The notes under the pieces: generated by a model | Seen by the model: only the letters and a program-made list of their open reading frames with translations | What the model was told of the DNA's origin: nothing | The model's database searches: none | Assembly: GCA_977020255.1 (NCBI GenBank) | Contig: CDROCS010001737.1 | Location: forward strand, 186,001 to 250,000 | Source of the DNA: Obrimoposthia wandeli | Taxonomy: Eukaryota | Direction: 5' to 3' | DNA: 64,000 bases | Shown here: piece after piece, positions 14,580 through 26,899 of the stretch | Layout: every line of letters starts with the position of its first letter | Position numbering within the stretch: the first letter of the stretch is position 1 | Made by a program: the position numbers and the translations under genes

Positions 14580-14872
14580 GTCCTATTCAAGAAGGAAACA
14601 TCAGTTTGTAGCCAATAAAATTTGATCGAAATTGAAATTGATTTTTTTAATTATGTTACAAATCAGATTAATACGGTAATTTTAATTATAAATATTTTTC
14701 TTTCTAAATATTCATGATAATTCTGTGGTTCCATGTTGAAAATTTAGATTAGGTTAATAAGTTCAAAATTTTTAAACTAAGGAAATATGGACATAGCATT
14801 AAAATGTCTTCAGTTTTTCATATTTGTACAAAAATGATTTTCCTTTAATTGGATAATTCTATATTAGCTAGA

Positions 14873-15560
14873 GCAGTAATTTCCAAACATGGATGTGCGT
14901 ACTAGTGCAAAATGAGGCGCGAGAAGTTTAACAAAAATATAATTTCCATAACCTATGTAAATAAAATTATATCGTTTTTTTGCCTAATTTTTGTATTAAT
15001 AAATATTTTACCATTTAAAAATGTGCATTTGATACTTGATTAAATATAGGGGAGGCGGCAATATTAGATCTTTCTCAAATGAAGGCGTAGTAACGTAAAT
15101 ATTGGAAAGTACTGAGCTTGAGTATTGTTGACGATGTTAAGCAACACTTCGATCGCGGAAGGTTTTCTAGATAATAACGTTCACAATACGAAGTTAATCA
15201 AAAAATTTTACATACTTACAAATTAGTTGTTTTTGTTAATTTAGGTATATTTTTAATTTTTTTTACTGAGCTACTTATTAAGTTTTTCCTTATTTTTAAC
15301 ACTTGAGCATAACTATTTCTAGCAATGGTTTTAGCGCTCTAAAGCAATCAAAAATGTCATTGAAATTGTTTATGAGATTTGGATTTTAGGTATATTTTAC
15401 TTGCAAATTAAGCGCTTTGAATCTAAAATCACAGAAAAATAGAATCAACAGTGCAATGATGAGTACTCTTGCTGTTTTAAAGAATCAAATCCCAGTATTA
15501 ATTTTTGATCTTAAACAACGAAATTTCCACCATTTCGTAAATGCAAAATATCATATACAA
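14873..15560 (+). mobile_element. hAT remnant (TIR-like start and dimerisation-domain tail)
   Basis: CAGTAATTTCCAAAC resembles a hAT terminus. SALNLKSQKNRIN...KQRNFHH resembles the hAT C-terminus. Confidence 0.35.
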
Positions 15561-16053
15561 AAGCACCCTGGCTTCATTTGGAACTATGAAAAATATTTAT
15601 TGCAATTATAATATAATTCAATGATAAATACTTGAATCATTTTGAATACAAATAAACTTCACATTTTGTATGAAATATATTTGGAATCTAAAAGCAATTA
15701 TAAAGAAGCAATCTATATCATAAAATTATCAACGAATTCGCTAAATTAGTTCAACTTAATTTTTTGTAGTTTTCGGTTGTAGCTGACATGTGTAATTATG
15801 GGTTAATTATATTATGGAAGATTTTGATATTATATTTAATGATTTCAAGAAGATTGTGAAAGTAGTAGTGTTTATCATTTCTGTTTAAAATAAATTTAGA
15901 TGCATGTTTTATTGCTGGTAAAATATCCAAAGTATCTAAGATGGAAAAAAATGGGACTTTTCATTTTTGATATTATTTACATGAATATTTGAATATTATC
16001 ATTGCATATGCATGTTCTCATTTGCATATAATGCTTATATCACATATTATCAG

Positions 16054-16228
16054 GAGGGTCGAATAGTGCCTTACATCCTGGACTATCTGAATCGGTACTG
16101 TCCTAGCGACTACGAGAAGATAGAGATGGTCTGTCACAAGTACCACTGCAACTACGAGTTGGCAGATACCCAGACCAAGCGCAGCAAGACCAAGATCCGC
16201 CGACTCCACAGCATGTTCGGTGCCAACT
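16054..16228 (+). CDS. SPG11: Spatacsin exon
   Basis: atcag|GAG...T|gtgagt, phase 0/1. ILDYLNRYCPSDYEKIEMV matches SPG11 LLDYIKRCRPGDSEKHNMI. Confidence 0.92.
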
Positions 16229-16326
16229 GTGAGTTCCTGTGATCTCAACAAGTCACCTGAATATATTCTTCACTGAGTCTTTCCTAGAAACTAGTATTCA
16301 CAGTTATACCTTTTCTCACATTTCAG

Positions 16327-16464
16327 GTAACAAGGAGTACATAAAAGTGACACTATCTTCTATCGTGACGGACCTTCTTGAATCCTGCAAGAACTACATC
16401 AAAGTCTCCTGCTACAAGAAGGCAAATGAAAATTTGAAAAGAGCTCAGTTCTATCAATTGCAAA
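16327..16464 (+). CDS. SPG11: Spatacsin exon
   Basis: tttcag|GT...A|gttagt, phase 1/1, LLESCKNYIKVSCYKKA...QLQ. Confidence 0.88.
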
Positions 16465-16656
16465 GTTAGTTTATTTTTATCCTTGACTTTATATTTGTCA
16501 GTACGTGAAATTAATTGACATATTCATAAAAAAAAATATTTTAATAAGTATGTTAGTTTGATATTCCATGGTGTACAATAGTGGTTCTCAACATTTTTAG
16601 GTGACAGCTATCTAATTTAAAATATGATAAATTCAAAGCCAACTGCCATTATTTTA

Positions 16657-18506
16657 CACTAGAAGGACCAAAATTTATACTATCCAAACAGGACTAATAT
16701 GGGTCGATTCGACCCATACGTAATAATTACATAATATTAAGGAAACTAAAAACTATATGTATATTAAATCATAAACAGTTGAAACATTTAACATATTTAT
16801 GCTTATTACATAGACTTTTTTCGCAAATATAACATATTTAAACAGGTTTTAGGTCGCATTTCGTGTAGGTGCAACGTTTACTCTTAAAGTACTGATGTTG
16901 ACATTATTTTTTGTTTCTCAATGGAATTCTTTCCCATACCGCTTATTTCTAGTATACCTCACATATTCTTCATGAAAAAATGTATTCTAGTAATTTTGTG
17001 TCAAGTCACTATACACTAAAAGAATTGAATAGTGCAATATATAATAAATTAAAACTTGTTGAAACTTTAGTACTGTAAAGTCTTAACATATTATCCATTA
17101 TGTCTACAACTGATTTTGTTTCATTGTAAAGCAATATAGTTTCAGTTATTTGTATAAACACAGGGCCATCATTAAGCATTGTTATTAATACATTGACTTG
17201 CTTTTTTGGTTTACTTTTTATAAATAGTTAGACTCAATAATCTGAATCGTAAAATTATAAATTTATATTTTGTATTAGGAGTTTGAATTCGAGGAATTTC
17301 TTTTCGATTTTCTCGTATGATACATATTATAGTTGTATTTTTATTCAAAAGGTTTCGAGCTAAATTACAAGTTGCGAAATAATTATCCATTGTAACATTA
17401 TTTTTTTTTCACTGAGTCTTTCTGTAATGTATTCGCCATATAAGATATGTTTCAGTCAATCTTTATCTTTACATAGATATAGTATAATGTTGCATATTTA
17501 TTTTTTACTATTATCTATCAAACAAAAAAAACTTGTCAGGTTTTGTCGGTATATATTGTTTGAAGGGGCATCTGGTTTTACATGGATATAATTGTTCGTT
17601 GATTGTAAGATATTTGATTGGCATTTAATTTGTTATACATGCAGTTTGTAGCCGTTTATATATTTCTAAAATTATATTTCATTTATCCTGTTTAGTTTTG
17701 AAATCCCGAGAACATCTTTTATCAAATCTAATATTGCGGTGAATTTCTAAAAAAATATTTTTAGACATTAGTCTCATCACGATTTTACATCCATAAATTT
17801 CATTCCATAAAGATTTTACAGGTACCATTTGATACATAACACCTTTGAGGATCAATACACCTAAATATTTTAGACTATCAATATAAGAAACTAAAATTTT
17901 CTCAGCATATTCATTTGTATGTGCCACAAGTAACACTATACATTTTTATTCAAAAAATTGTCAAAATGATTCCAGCGGAGTGGTAAGTCTAGATTTTAAA
18001 AAAATGGCAAACCAGATTTTACTCGCAATCTGTTATATGTAATCCTTTGGCTAAACTTTCATTTTTAATCTTCTGTCCAAACAGTGCCATTTCTTCCATA
18101 GGTAAGATCCATCGAATCAGATTCAACATCATCTTCCGTTTCTTATATACTATAAATAGATTCTTCATCTTCACCACAAATACTTTCATAATTTGCTGCA
18201 TCACAATTGTCTGTTGTATAATTTTCACTTGAATCACTATCATATTCTTCTTTAATTATATTCATTTAAAATTGCTTAATTATATACTAATATATAGATT
18301 ATAATATATCAGAAATTACCATGTGGATCTCGTGGGTTTCATTGTAAAAAGTAACTTATGGAATGAAGTGAAATTATACTATTATAATTTATATTATTTT
18401 CTAAAATATGTCATAGATTTTTAGCCTCATACATATATTTTTAAAACAACTACATGACTAAAAAGAGTACAGATGGGTCGATTCAACCCAGATGGTCCTT
18501 CTAGTG
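16657..18506 (-). mobile_element. piggyBac transposon, decayed transposase
   Basis: TIRs CACTAGAAGGACCA / TGGTCCTTCTAGTG, flanks TTTA / TTAA, subterminal GGGTCGATTC(G/A)ACCCA. Motifs CPFKQYIPTKPDK, LWNEIYG...RNIRFD and a Cys-rich tail (C..C..ICYIC...C..H). Confidence 0.9.
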
Positions 18507-19497
18507 TTAATAATGTTTATTAAATTTTTCTGACATAAACCCTAGTTTGATACAGAACTAGCGCTTTTTGCTGTTGTTAAATATTTGATTGTAAAACTAT
18601 GAAAAGTAAACCAAGTTTTGAAAGTTTAATACTGATTTGTAATAAAAAAAAGTTTTTTCAATAAATAAACCTATAAAATATCATTTTTATTGAAAAATTT
18701 GTGATTGATGGTTTTTGTATATTTCTTTAATATTATGTTGAGTATTTGAGAAACATACTCTCAACTTATTGTCAATCGACTTAAATTTTTCTCTTATTTT
18801 TGTTTGAATATTAGCAAGCGCGGAAAATTATGTCTCACAAATAATATGTAGAGAACAGCAATAAAATGTTAATTGCATTCTCATTTATTGGCACATATTT
18901 TGTAATTAGTATCTAAAAAGAATTGAGCGGAATTTCTGAATATTTTAATTTCAATGTACGTTCATTACGTATATCAATTATTTCTTCTTTAAAACTTTAA
19001 TGCGTTTGGAGTTTCAACAAAATAATTTTGTATCCAGTCAGAAATTGCTCGAAATTTCTAGGAAACAATGATTCATTCTTTCTTCTACATAAATCAAGGT
19101 TGTCAAATCCTTACATTTTTTCCCGTAGCTTTTGGAAATATTCAAATTATCTTCTTGTACTTTTGCTTTTCACAAATTTACTGTAACATGGAAATTTTCA
19201 CTTTATCTGTTCTAGACAGAATGTTTTCATTTCTACCTGGCATGATTGAATTAAGCTTATTCAAATGCTTAAATTTACCAGCTATTATTATGCATATATT
19301 TCACAAAATTCTTTAGTTTCTTGGTGAAAAAATGGTTATAAGTTTTTGTTTCAGTTTCACAACAAAAAATGATACAAAAAGAGACGTTTGGATAGCCATT
19401 TGTTTTCCTTGCCTTTGAGGTGACATATATAACCGTAAGGAATAATGAACTTCACATTAGGTAATGGTAAGTCGATTATCAGCTGTTTCTTTTGCAG

Positions 19498-19676
19498 GTC
19501 GCTGGTTGGAGGATCCCGAGAAGCACTTCTCGAACAGTGTGCTAAACAAGTCCATGAAGCTGTCGATTCCGCGCATGACCTTGCCCGAAACTGGACTGCC
19601 TTATGGGGTCCGGATAGTTGACTTCAGTACTGATCAGGCACTATTTTTCCTGAAGTGTGTTCCAGACTTCTACACG
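19498..19676 (+). CDS. SPG11: Spatacsin exon
   Basis: ttgcag|GT...ACG|gtaggt, phase 1/0. IVDFSTDQALFFLKCVPDFYT resembles LINLGRHKLMDCILALPRFYQ. Confidence 0.85.
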
Positions 19677-21063
19677 GTAGGTTTTTGACTTATCTATAAT
19701 TTTGGCTGATAGTAGGATGTGATAACACAAATCGGGAATGTGTTGAATATGTTGGTAAAACATTCAGCTTTAGCAGAGCACAGATCCGTACTTGTAGGAC
19801 TGAGCCTTGTAAATAACAAGAAGTTCATGAATTCCGGAAGAGACTGTATTTTATCCCCAAAATAAATAATGTATATTAGTTGCCATAATGCGAGCCATGT
19901 AGAGGGCATATTACCGAAGTGAATGAAGAGTGACAGAAAATACATATGTAAACCTCGACTTGGTCAGCGTACGTTTATTCGCTAGTTGACTTATCATCTA
20001 GCGTTTGAGAGGAAGTCTGGAGATATGATCAAATAGTTGTAATAATCCTGGGTATCAGCTTCAGAAGAACTCAGACGAACTGTAGTTAATGTATAATTTT
20101 GATTTCCGTTACTGGCTTTAATTTTAAATTTTCTATGATAATTATAATTCTGCGTCTTTCATTGTATGGTACTTTTTTTACTTATTGTATTTATCGTTAT
20201 TTTCAATTATTTTTAGTGACTTAAATAAATCTCATACAAATCTCGAGGTTAAATGGTTTCTTTTTCCAAATATACGAAGACTATAAGTTGACATATAGCG
20301 ACGAATTAAGATATTAAAAAACTGGTTCTTCCACTAATTGTAGATATTATTGTCCAATACGAAGAAGCAAAATTAACGTTCTTTTTGTCTTCAGTAAAAT
20401 CAGACTAACAGAACGGTTAAGAAAATTATTTTTAGGATGATTAATTTCTTATTTAGATTTTTTATGTATCTTTTCTATAAAAATTAAATAAAAAGTTATA
20501 AATTAAATATTCTAAAATTTTCTAATGAAAGATGATTAATTCAAATACTAAACATTCAGTTAATAAAAAAATATCAGTGGCTTATTTTTCATTTGTGAAG
20601 AGCGCCGGCGACATAATCAGCCAGCTGCTCAGTTTACAAAAATTATTCCTCCGAAATGTCTGGATAACCATTCCGCATCAATACGCAAAATATGCACCTT
20701 GATGTGCCATGCACGACAGAGGCCCTTTTATTAAATCATTTTAAGGAAAGTTAATATAGTCAAATCTTCTCAGCATATGAAATTTTCAAGTTTCATAACA
20801 TTTTAATATAAATAATATTTTATTTTTAATTTAACATACTTTGTTATAGTTCGTTTTTAAAGGAACATAATGTTTTAGGCTTGTAGCACTGAAACTTTTA
20901 TGATTTATTTACTTTAATGGTAAAATAATTAAAACATTATGTTAGTCTACTGATAATATACTAAGTAGCTAAATTATGACTTTTTTATTTCCTTTTTAGG
21001 TAAATAAATTTTACACTTCTGTAAATTTCAAATAACTGACATGGGTTAAAAATGCATTGACAG

Positions 21064-21224
21064 GCTTACATAATCATCGATCAAATGAAGTTACCACTTG
21101 ACATATGGGTACAGTTGGTCGTTATACATGTGATTGTCAACGGTGATGATGTTTATCTCGATGATTATCTCTACTACTTCAACAACTTCATCCAATCTTC
21201 ATTCATGCAACTGTGCATTAATCG
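21064..21224 (+). CDS. SPG11: Spatacsin exon
   Basis: gacag|GCT...CG|gtgagt, phase 0/2. WVQLVVIHVIVNGDDVYLDDY resembles WAEILYQQVILKGDFNYLEEF. Confidence 0.9.
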
Positions 21225-21301
21225 GTGAGTTTCTTACTATTTTTATACGATAATAGAATATAAAAGTATGTTGAATTGATTTGTTGAGTTGTGTATTGCA
21301 G

Positions 21302-21428
21302 TGTTGAGTCGCTAGGCGTGAAGACACTCACAAAGACGAGTTTGGGTAATTTGCGCACAATGGTTCAGTACACCAACGACGTTTTCCTGCAGAAACAAAT
21401 CTCTGACAAGTACCAGCTCTCCAAGTAA
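21302..21428 (+). CDS. SPG11: Spatacsin terminal coding exon (TAA at 21426-21428)
   Basis: ttgcag|T..., phase 2. LGNLRTMVQYTNDVFLQKQISDKY* resembles MENLKKLLTYCEDVYLYYKLAYEH. Confidence 0.88.
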
Positions 21429-21849
21429 CAATCTACTCCCTACATGTCCCCCTCAATATCGCAACTCAGATACATCTCTATTTTTATATTTTTGATTTTC
21501 ATTACTGGCATTAATTTTCAAATTTTCTATGATAATTATATTTCTGCGTCTTTCATTGTATGGTGCTTCTTTTACTTATCATTATTTTCAATTACATTTA
21601 GTGACTAAAATAAGTTTCATACAAATCTCGAAGTCAAATGTTTTAATTTTCGAATTATTTTAAAGATTTTCTGATAACTGGTTTTCTCAAATAATTTTCG
21701 AATATATTCGAATTATGTAGTGGGGTTTATTGGACATGTACTACTTTGTATCTATGCATCTCAAATAACTCGATAAAATTTTCAATTATCAATGTATTTA
21801 TAATTTTGAACCTTAATAACATCGATTTACTCGATATCTGATATGGAAT

Positions 21850-24800
21850 TTACATTTTTATTTTAACAAAGATACAAAACATTAATATCCTAATATTTAT
21901 AACTGGTCCTTGACTTTTATTAGAAGAAATATGATAGCCAATTTTCATTGTGCGTAAAGTTAACTAGTTAATTTAAATTATTTTGCCATATATGATTTCA
22001 TTGTGATTAACAATATATTAGTCACATTAATTAAATTCACATGTTTCTTTCTAATACGAATTATAATGGAAAAATATGTATTAGCAGAACCCATATGTTG
22101 AGACTAGAGTTGAAGTACTTCTCAGGGAAGCCTCTGAACAAGAGTGATAGGTCTTGTATGGACGGCCTATCCTTTTATATCACCTAAAACTATCTGAAGG
22201 TTTGTGTTTCGGTTTCGTTGGTTAGCCTCGGTTATGTGTTGAATATTCTATGTAAATTATGTAGTCAAGTCTTTACTTATCAATTATTAATTTCAAATGG
22301 ATTCCTATTTGAATTAATATATTTAAGATATAGATTTATTTTTATGTTGAATCTTCGTTAAGAAATTAGTTGATTTAAGTCAACAAACAGGTCAAATTAT
22401 TAAAAGTTTACATATTTTATTTTTCAATATCAAACCGAAAAATTACTAATTACGCTGTTCACAAAATACCAATTACAGAATAAAACAATATAAAATTCGC
22501 AGAATAATGTTCACAACTCCAGGGTGTCTGGGCCAAATGTGTTTGGTGCCGCTTACAGGTTAATATGATTTTATCAAAACAAAAGAGTAGAGGTTTAAAA
22601 AGGCTGGAGCCTGTTTCAGGCTTTCCTTTGAAGTTACACTGATTTTACAAAACATACTATCAAACGACAATGGGACAGTTAAAAGGTCAAAACTAGTAAT
22701 ATTTTATAGATTTTTTACGTTAATAAATCAATGACTCACCGTAATTATGTTGATTCACTGTCTCTGTGTTTCTTGTGATTGTTTTTCTCCGTTAGATTCC
22801 GGTTGATTATCCTTGATTTCGAGGGATCCTTGGTCCGTGCAGATTCTCTTTTAGCTGATTGACTCCCGTCCTTTCAATCTGATACGTTTGATCGTCCTTT
22901 TTCCGTCTTCTTCAATCGTCCTTTTCAGTCGTATTTCTTCTCAAATCGTCTTCTTCTAGTTTGAGAACTGATCGGCTGCTCGTTTCCTTATTTAATCTTC
23001 GCTGTCGAATCAGCGACGAGTATCTGTGATACTGCTACTTCCTCTCGGTTGTTGTAATATATTCACAGAAAATGCCACACTGTGGTTTCCAATTTGTTGC
23101 CTCTAAATCCACTGAAATTGTTTTGGTGTCTCAGGTGACTTATATTGACTCAGAGATCACCTGAGATTAATTAAACCTCCACTTTGTGTATGGAGTTTAA
23201 TTAACTCCTTAAATAGTTCACATTAATTTATTTTTATTTAATTTTTTAAATTTCAGAGTCGTAAAATGTCATTGGCCAGGACTATAAATATACCCAATTA
23301 TTTAAATTCTTTTTAATAAATTCGTCCGATTTTGGACCTCAACACATACATCGATGTCATCTGAATGTGGCTCATATATCTATGAGATGTTGCTGGAGCA
23401 GCGTTTAATCCAAACGGTAGGACATTGAATTTGTACAGTCCTTCTCCTGTTGAGAAAACTGTTTTTTCTTTATAAAATTCTGCGATGTCGATTTGCCAGT
23501 AATTACTCCACAGATTTAAGGTCGTAAATACTTTTGCATATTTGAATTTATACAGGATAAGATAAGATTAAAATACTATATTTATAGTAAACTCATGCAG
23601 GTAGTAAAATTCCCTATAGCAATACACCTTTGCTAGGTGCCTTCTACTTCCCGTAAGACCGATAAATCTACAGAGGATATTGTTTGTGCAACACTGCTTT
23701 GTGGTTTCCAAGGTTGTGACTGCATTTCTGAGTATTTTCACAGTATTGGAAAGGTAAATATTATATACACAGAATTTTAAAGAACCATTTCTTTTTTACT
23801 AAAATAGCAAGATATGTTCATACTGAAAAACATCTTCTAATAATTTTATTTTCTAACATTCTTTTTACTTGTTTTTGAGCCTCATATCTGTAGGCATATG
23901 GAATACGATAAGGTCATTGCTTAATTGATGTGTTTGTTGCTAATGGAAGATTATATTTTAATAAATCTGATCATTTTAAGTCGGATTCGTTTTTTTTGCA
24001 AATATTACGTCATATTTTTCATTTAAAGATTTCAGTTTCGATTTTTCATAATCATTTAGTTTAATATCGTCAAAATATATCGTGGACTTGTGTTATAATT
24101 TTTTATAATTGATTAACTCTTTATTGTCGAAAACCCTTTTTTAAAGCGGGCTCTCACTTTCAGATGGATTTCGTTTATATCTGCATTTACTATTCTGACC
24201 TGTATTTTTTGTTTTTAATTTTGCAAATTATAATAGGTAGGCCGTAGTTTCGAAGTTCCAATTGGTATTTTTAGGACTCAAATAATATGTCTTTAACTGT
24301 GATTATGTTAGTTCTAGTTGTAGCATTGCTTCTGTTCTATATTGAAGAATAATGTTTCCTTTATTTCTAATTTATATTCGTTTTTAGCAAAATGTCTGTT
24401 TGATTTGATTTTTTTAAGTCGAAGTGAAAATGGTTTCCAAATTTATTTAGTGTATCTGTACCAATAATAATTTGGTAAGGACAGTTTTTCATAATTCCAT
24501 TTGGTATTTTTATGAATTTATCTCCTATTTTGAAAAGACAGTCTAATTTCTCAATTATAATTAAGGGTTGACCGTTGGTTTCTGGGACAACTACTGTCAC
24601 TAAGGTGGATAAATTTTGATATGTTTTTTAAGAAGGATTCGTCGAAAAATGTTATACTTGATCCTGCATTTATTAAATCTTAAGTTGAATTCATTTATTT
24701 CAACTTTTACATATCATTGTCTGCCATTATCTGTTTGATTTATTGTATATATTGTTGGCGCAGTTGGTTTTGAAATTTTAGTTTTATTTTTCTATTTTTC

Positions 24801-26050
24801 TAAATCAGGATATTGTGGAGATTCAGTAATTATTTCTAAATTTCGATGTCTGTTATTTTTTATTTATTTGTTTCTCACTTTAACAAAAATAAAAAATTGT
24901 TCTAAAAATGAAAATATCTTAAAATTAGCTTCCATGTAAATCCACCAACTTTGTAAATATATGATGTAGATACAATTTGACGTAGTAGAATTTTAAATCA
25001 TATAAAAAAAGAATATATTCCAACCAATCCCGAAAATGCTTGACCAAAAATTTTACAAAAACTTCGCCGTATTTTTGACATAGTGTTTGGAGTGGCTTTT
25101 AAAAAATGATTTGTTGAAAGTAGTAGGTCATAATCGAGATGGTTAACTCCGTTTAACAACCCGATTTTTCTATGATTTGGGTTAAAATTACTAGTCTTAT
25201 TTGTGGAAATAAAATTTATTTTCTTAATTTATCTGTCTTTTTGTATGTAAATTCTTTTTGTGTTTAAGTTATTTTCAGGTTTTAGGTTAACTTCGTTATT
25301 GATGGTGGTTAAATGCAATTTTAGAAGTTGAGCAATTATGTTTCTTCTTGGAAGTGAGATGCAAAGTTATTTTAAAAATTAATAATGAGGTAAATTATTT
25401 TTTATGCTAAATGTGTTAAAGAGTATAATTCTGGTGATTGGTTCGACAGATACTGAAGGATTTTTGAAATAAATTAATAATTATTTAATACATTTTTTAT
25501 TTCTTATGTTAACTATTGGTTTTAAACATTGAGAAGTGTACAACTCTTTTTCTAATTACTCTCCCAAAAGTACAATCAGCCAAAGGCAATAGTGGTGTTA
25601 ATTATTCCGGATAAGAGGCAATAATTGCCAACTTTTTTCTAAAATTTCTTGTTTTAATTTGCAATCATTCATTATTGTGTTTCGATATATTGCTTTTAAA
25701 ATTCATTAGTCCTTTATAATTTATAATAATTTATTGTTGAAATAGTATGTTTATTTTTAGATTTTTAATTTGTGATTTTAGAGCGTGTTGAATTTGTATT
25801 GCGCATTATTTTGTTACTTAGATAAGTTCCATTTTAATTTATTGTATACACATAGTGCCCACAACTGGATTCATCTTTCTCTTTTTAAAAATCTCTTTAA
25901 AATAGTTGGATTTGACGTTTTGTTGTTGTATTTTTCGAGTTTTACATTTATAGGGTATTTCGTTTTTTGGATTCATTGGTCTAGTTCCGGGTTGTCTTTA
26001 AATCGTATACCTTGAATTATTTGAATTTAATTTACATTAATCAATTTCAA
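21850..26050 (-). mobile_element. Decayed Ty3/gypsy gag-protease-RT, interrupted by a TG...CA element
   Basis: RT AKVFTTLNLWSNYWQI...KTVFSTGEGLYKFNVLPFGL..APAT at 23350-23560, SDDI directly at the insertion, protease-like LINAGSSITF near 24660, KIGYHISS near 21930. Confidence 0.8.
22096..23344 (-). mobile_element. Solo-LTR-like element, group A
   Basis: cata|TGTTGAG...CTCAACA|cata gives a 7-bp inverted end and 4-bp TSD. Shares CCTCTGAA and TATCTGAAGG blocks with 45904 and 54584. Splits the gypsy RT at its DD motif. Confidence 0.85.
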
Positions 26051-26074
26051 CTTTATAGTATGGTATAGAAGAAC

Positions 26075-26776
26075 TTGTTATTCAATTACCTATATGGACT
26101 TCGCAGAATTGCATTGTTACGATGGTATTTGTAGAAGAGTCAAATGCTGCTTTAAAAGTCCTTAGCTCAACTTTAAAGTTTTTTGAAAACTAATCGACCG
26201 CTTTAATTGACTCCATTACGATGTATGATCCTGAAGTAAAGAATCGGCAGCAAAATCTTTTCAAATTGTAGAGTTGCTGGAGAGATGGAGATTTTTTCTA
26301 ATTGATTTAATTTTCTCCTTGTTTTCAGCCGACTGATAATATTCTTTAATTTCTTATCTTTAGTTTTGCAGGCGGCGTTCACACATTGCGAAGTAAGAGA
26401 TAAGACCTGGTCGAACCCCTGACATTTGTTGTTGCTGTAAGAGAGCCATCCTGATTTGCAACTTCTGAGTTGGGTCAACTGCGGTTTGGCATGTCCACCT
26501 TGCTTCGACCATAGATTGAATCGGCATACAGTTGACCAATCAATCGGTTATCGAATTCATTCTGTCTGATTTCCCCATTTGTTTATTTGACATAATTATC
26601 TCTGGCTTCGCCAGTGTTTGCCCGCTGAAAAGTCAGATATAATTTCAAGAGTCGATTACCTTAAGAGCCCATGGCAGGACAAAACGTTTTTTTATCGTCT
26701 GATTATGAACACTTCGGACCAATTCAACATTTTCTAAATTTTCATTTAATTTTACTAATTAATATAGAACCCAACA
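26075..26776 (+). mobile_element. LTR-like element with two hairpin modules and a decayed hammerhead
   Basis: Ends ATAGAACCCAACA. Hairpins near 26351-26404 and 26596-26642. CTTAAGA-GCCC..GGAC-AAAAC at 26660-26685. Left end and TSD uncertain (aact/aaca). Confidence 0.5.
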
Positions 26777-26899
26777 AACAGAAGACGTTTCTTTTTAAGT
26801 AGATTTTAATAATTGTGCAATACTTCACTTTGTTATCTAAAGCGTTATTTCATTATGAAGGAATCACCTGCACATTCACTGTTTCCTTGCTTCACATAC

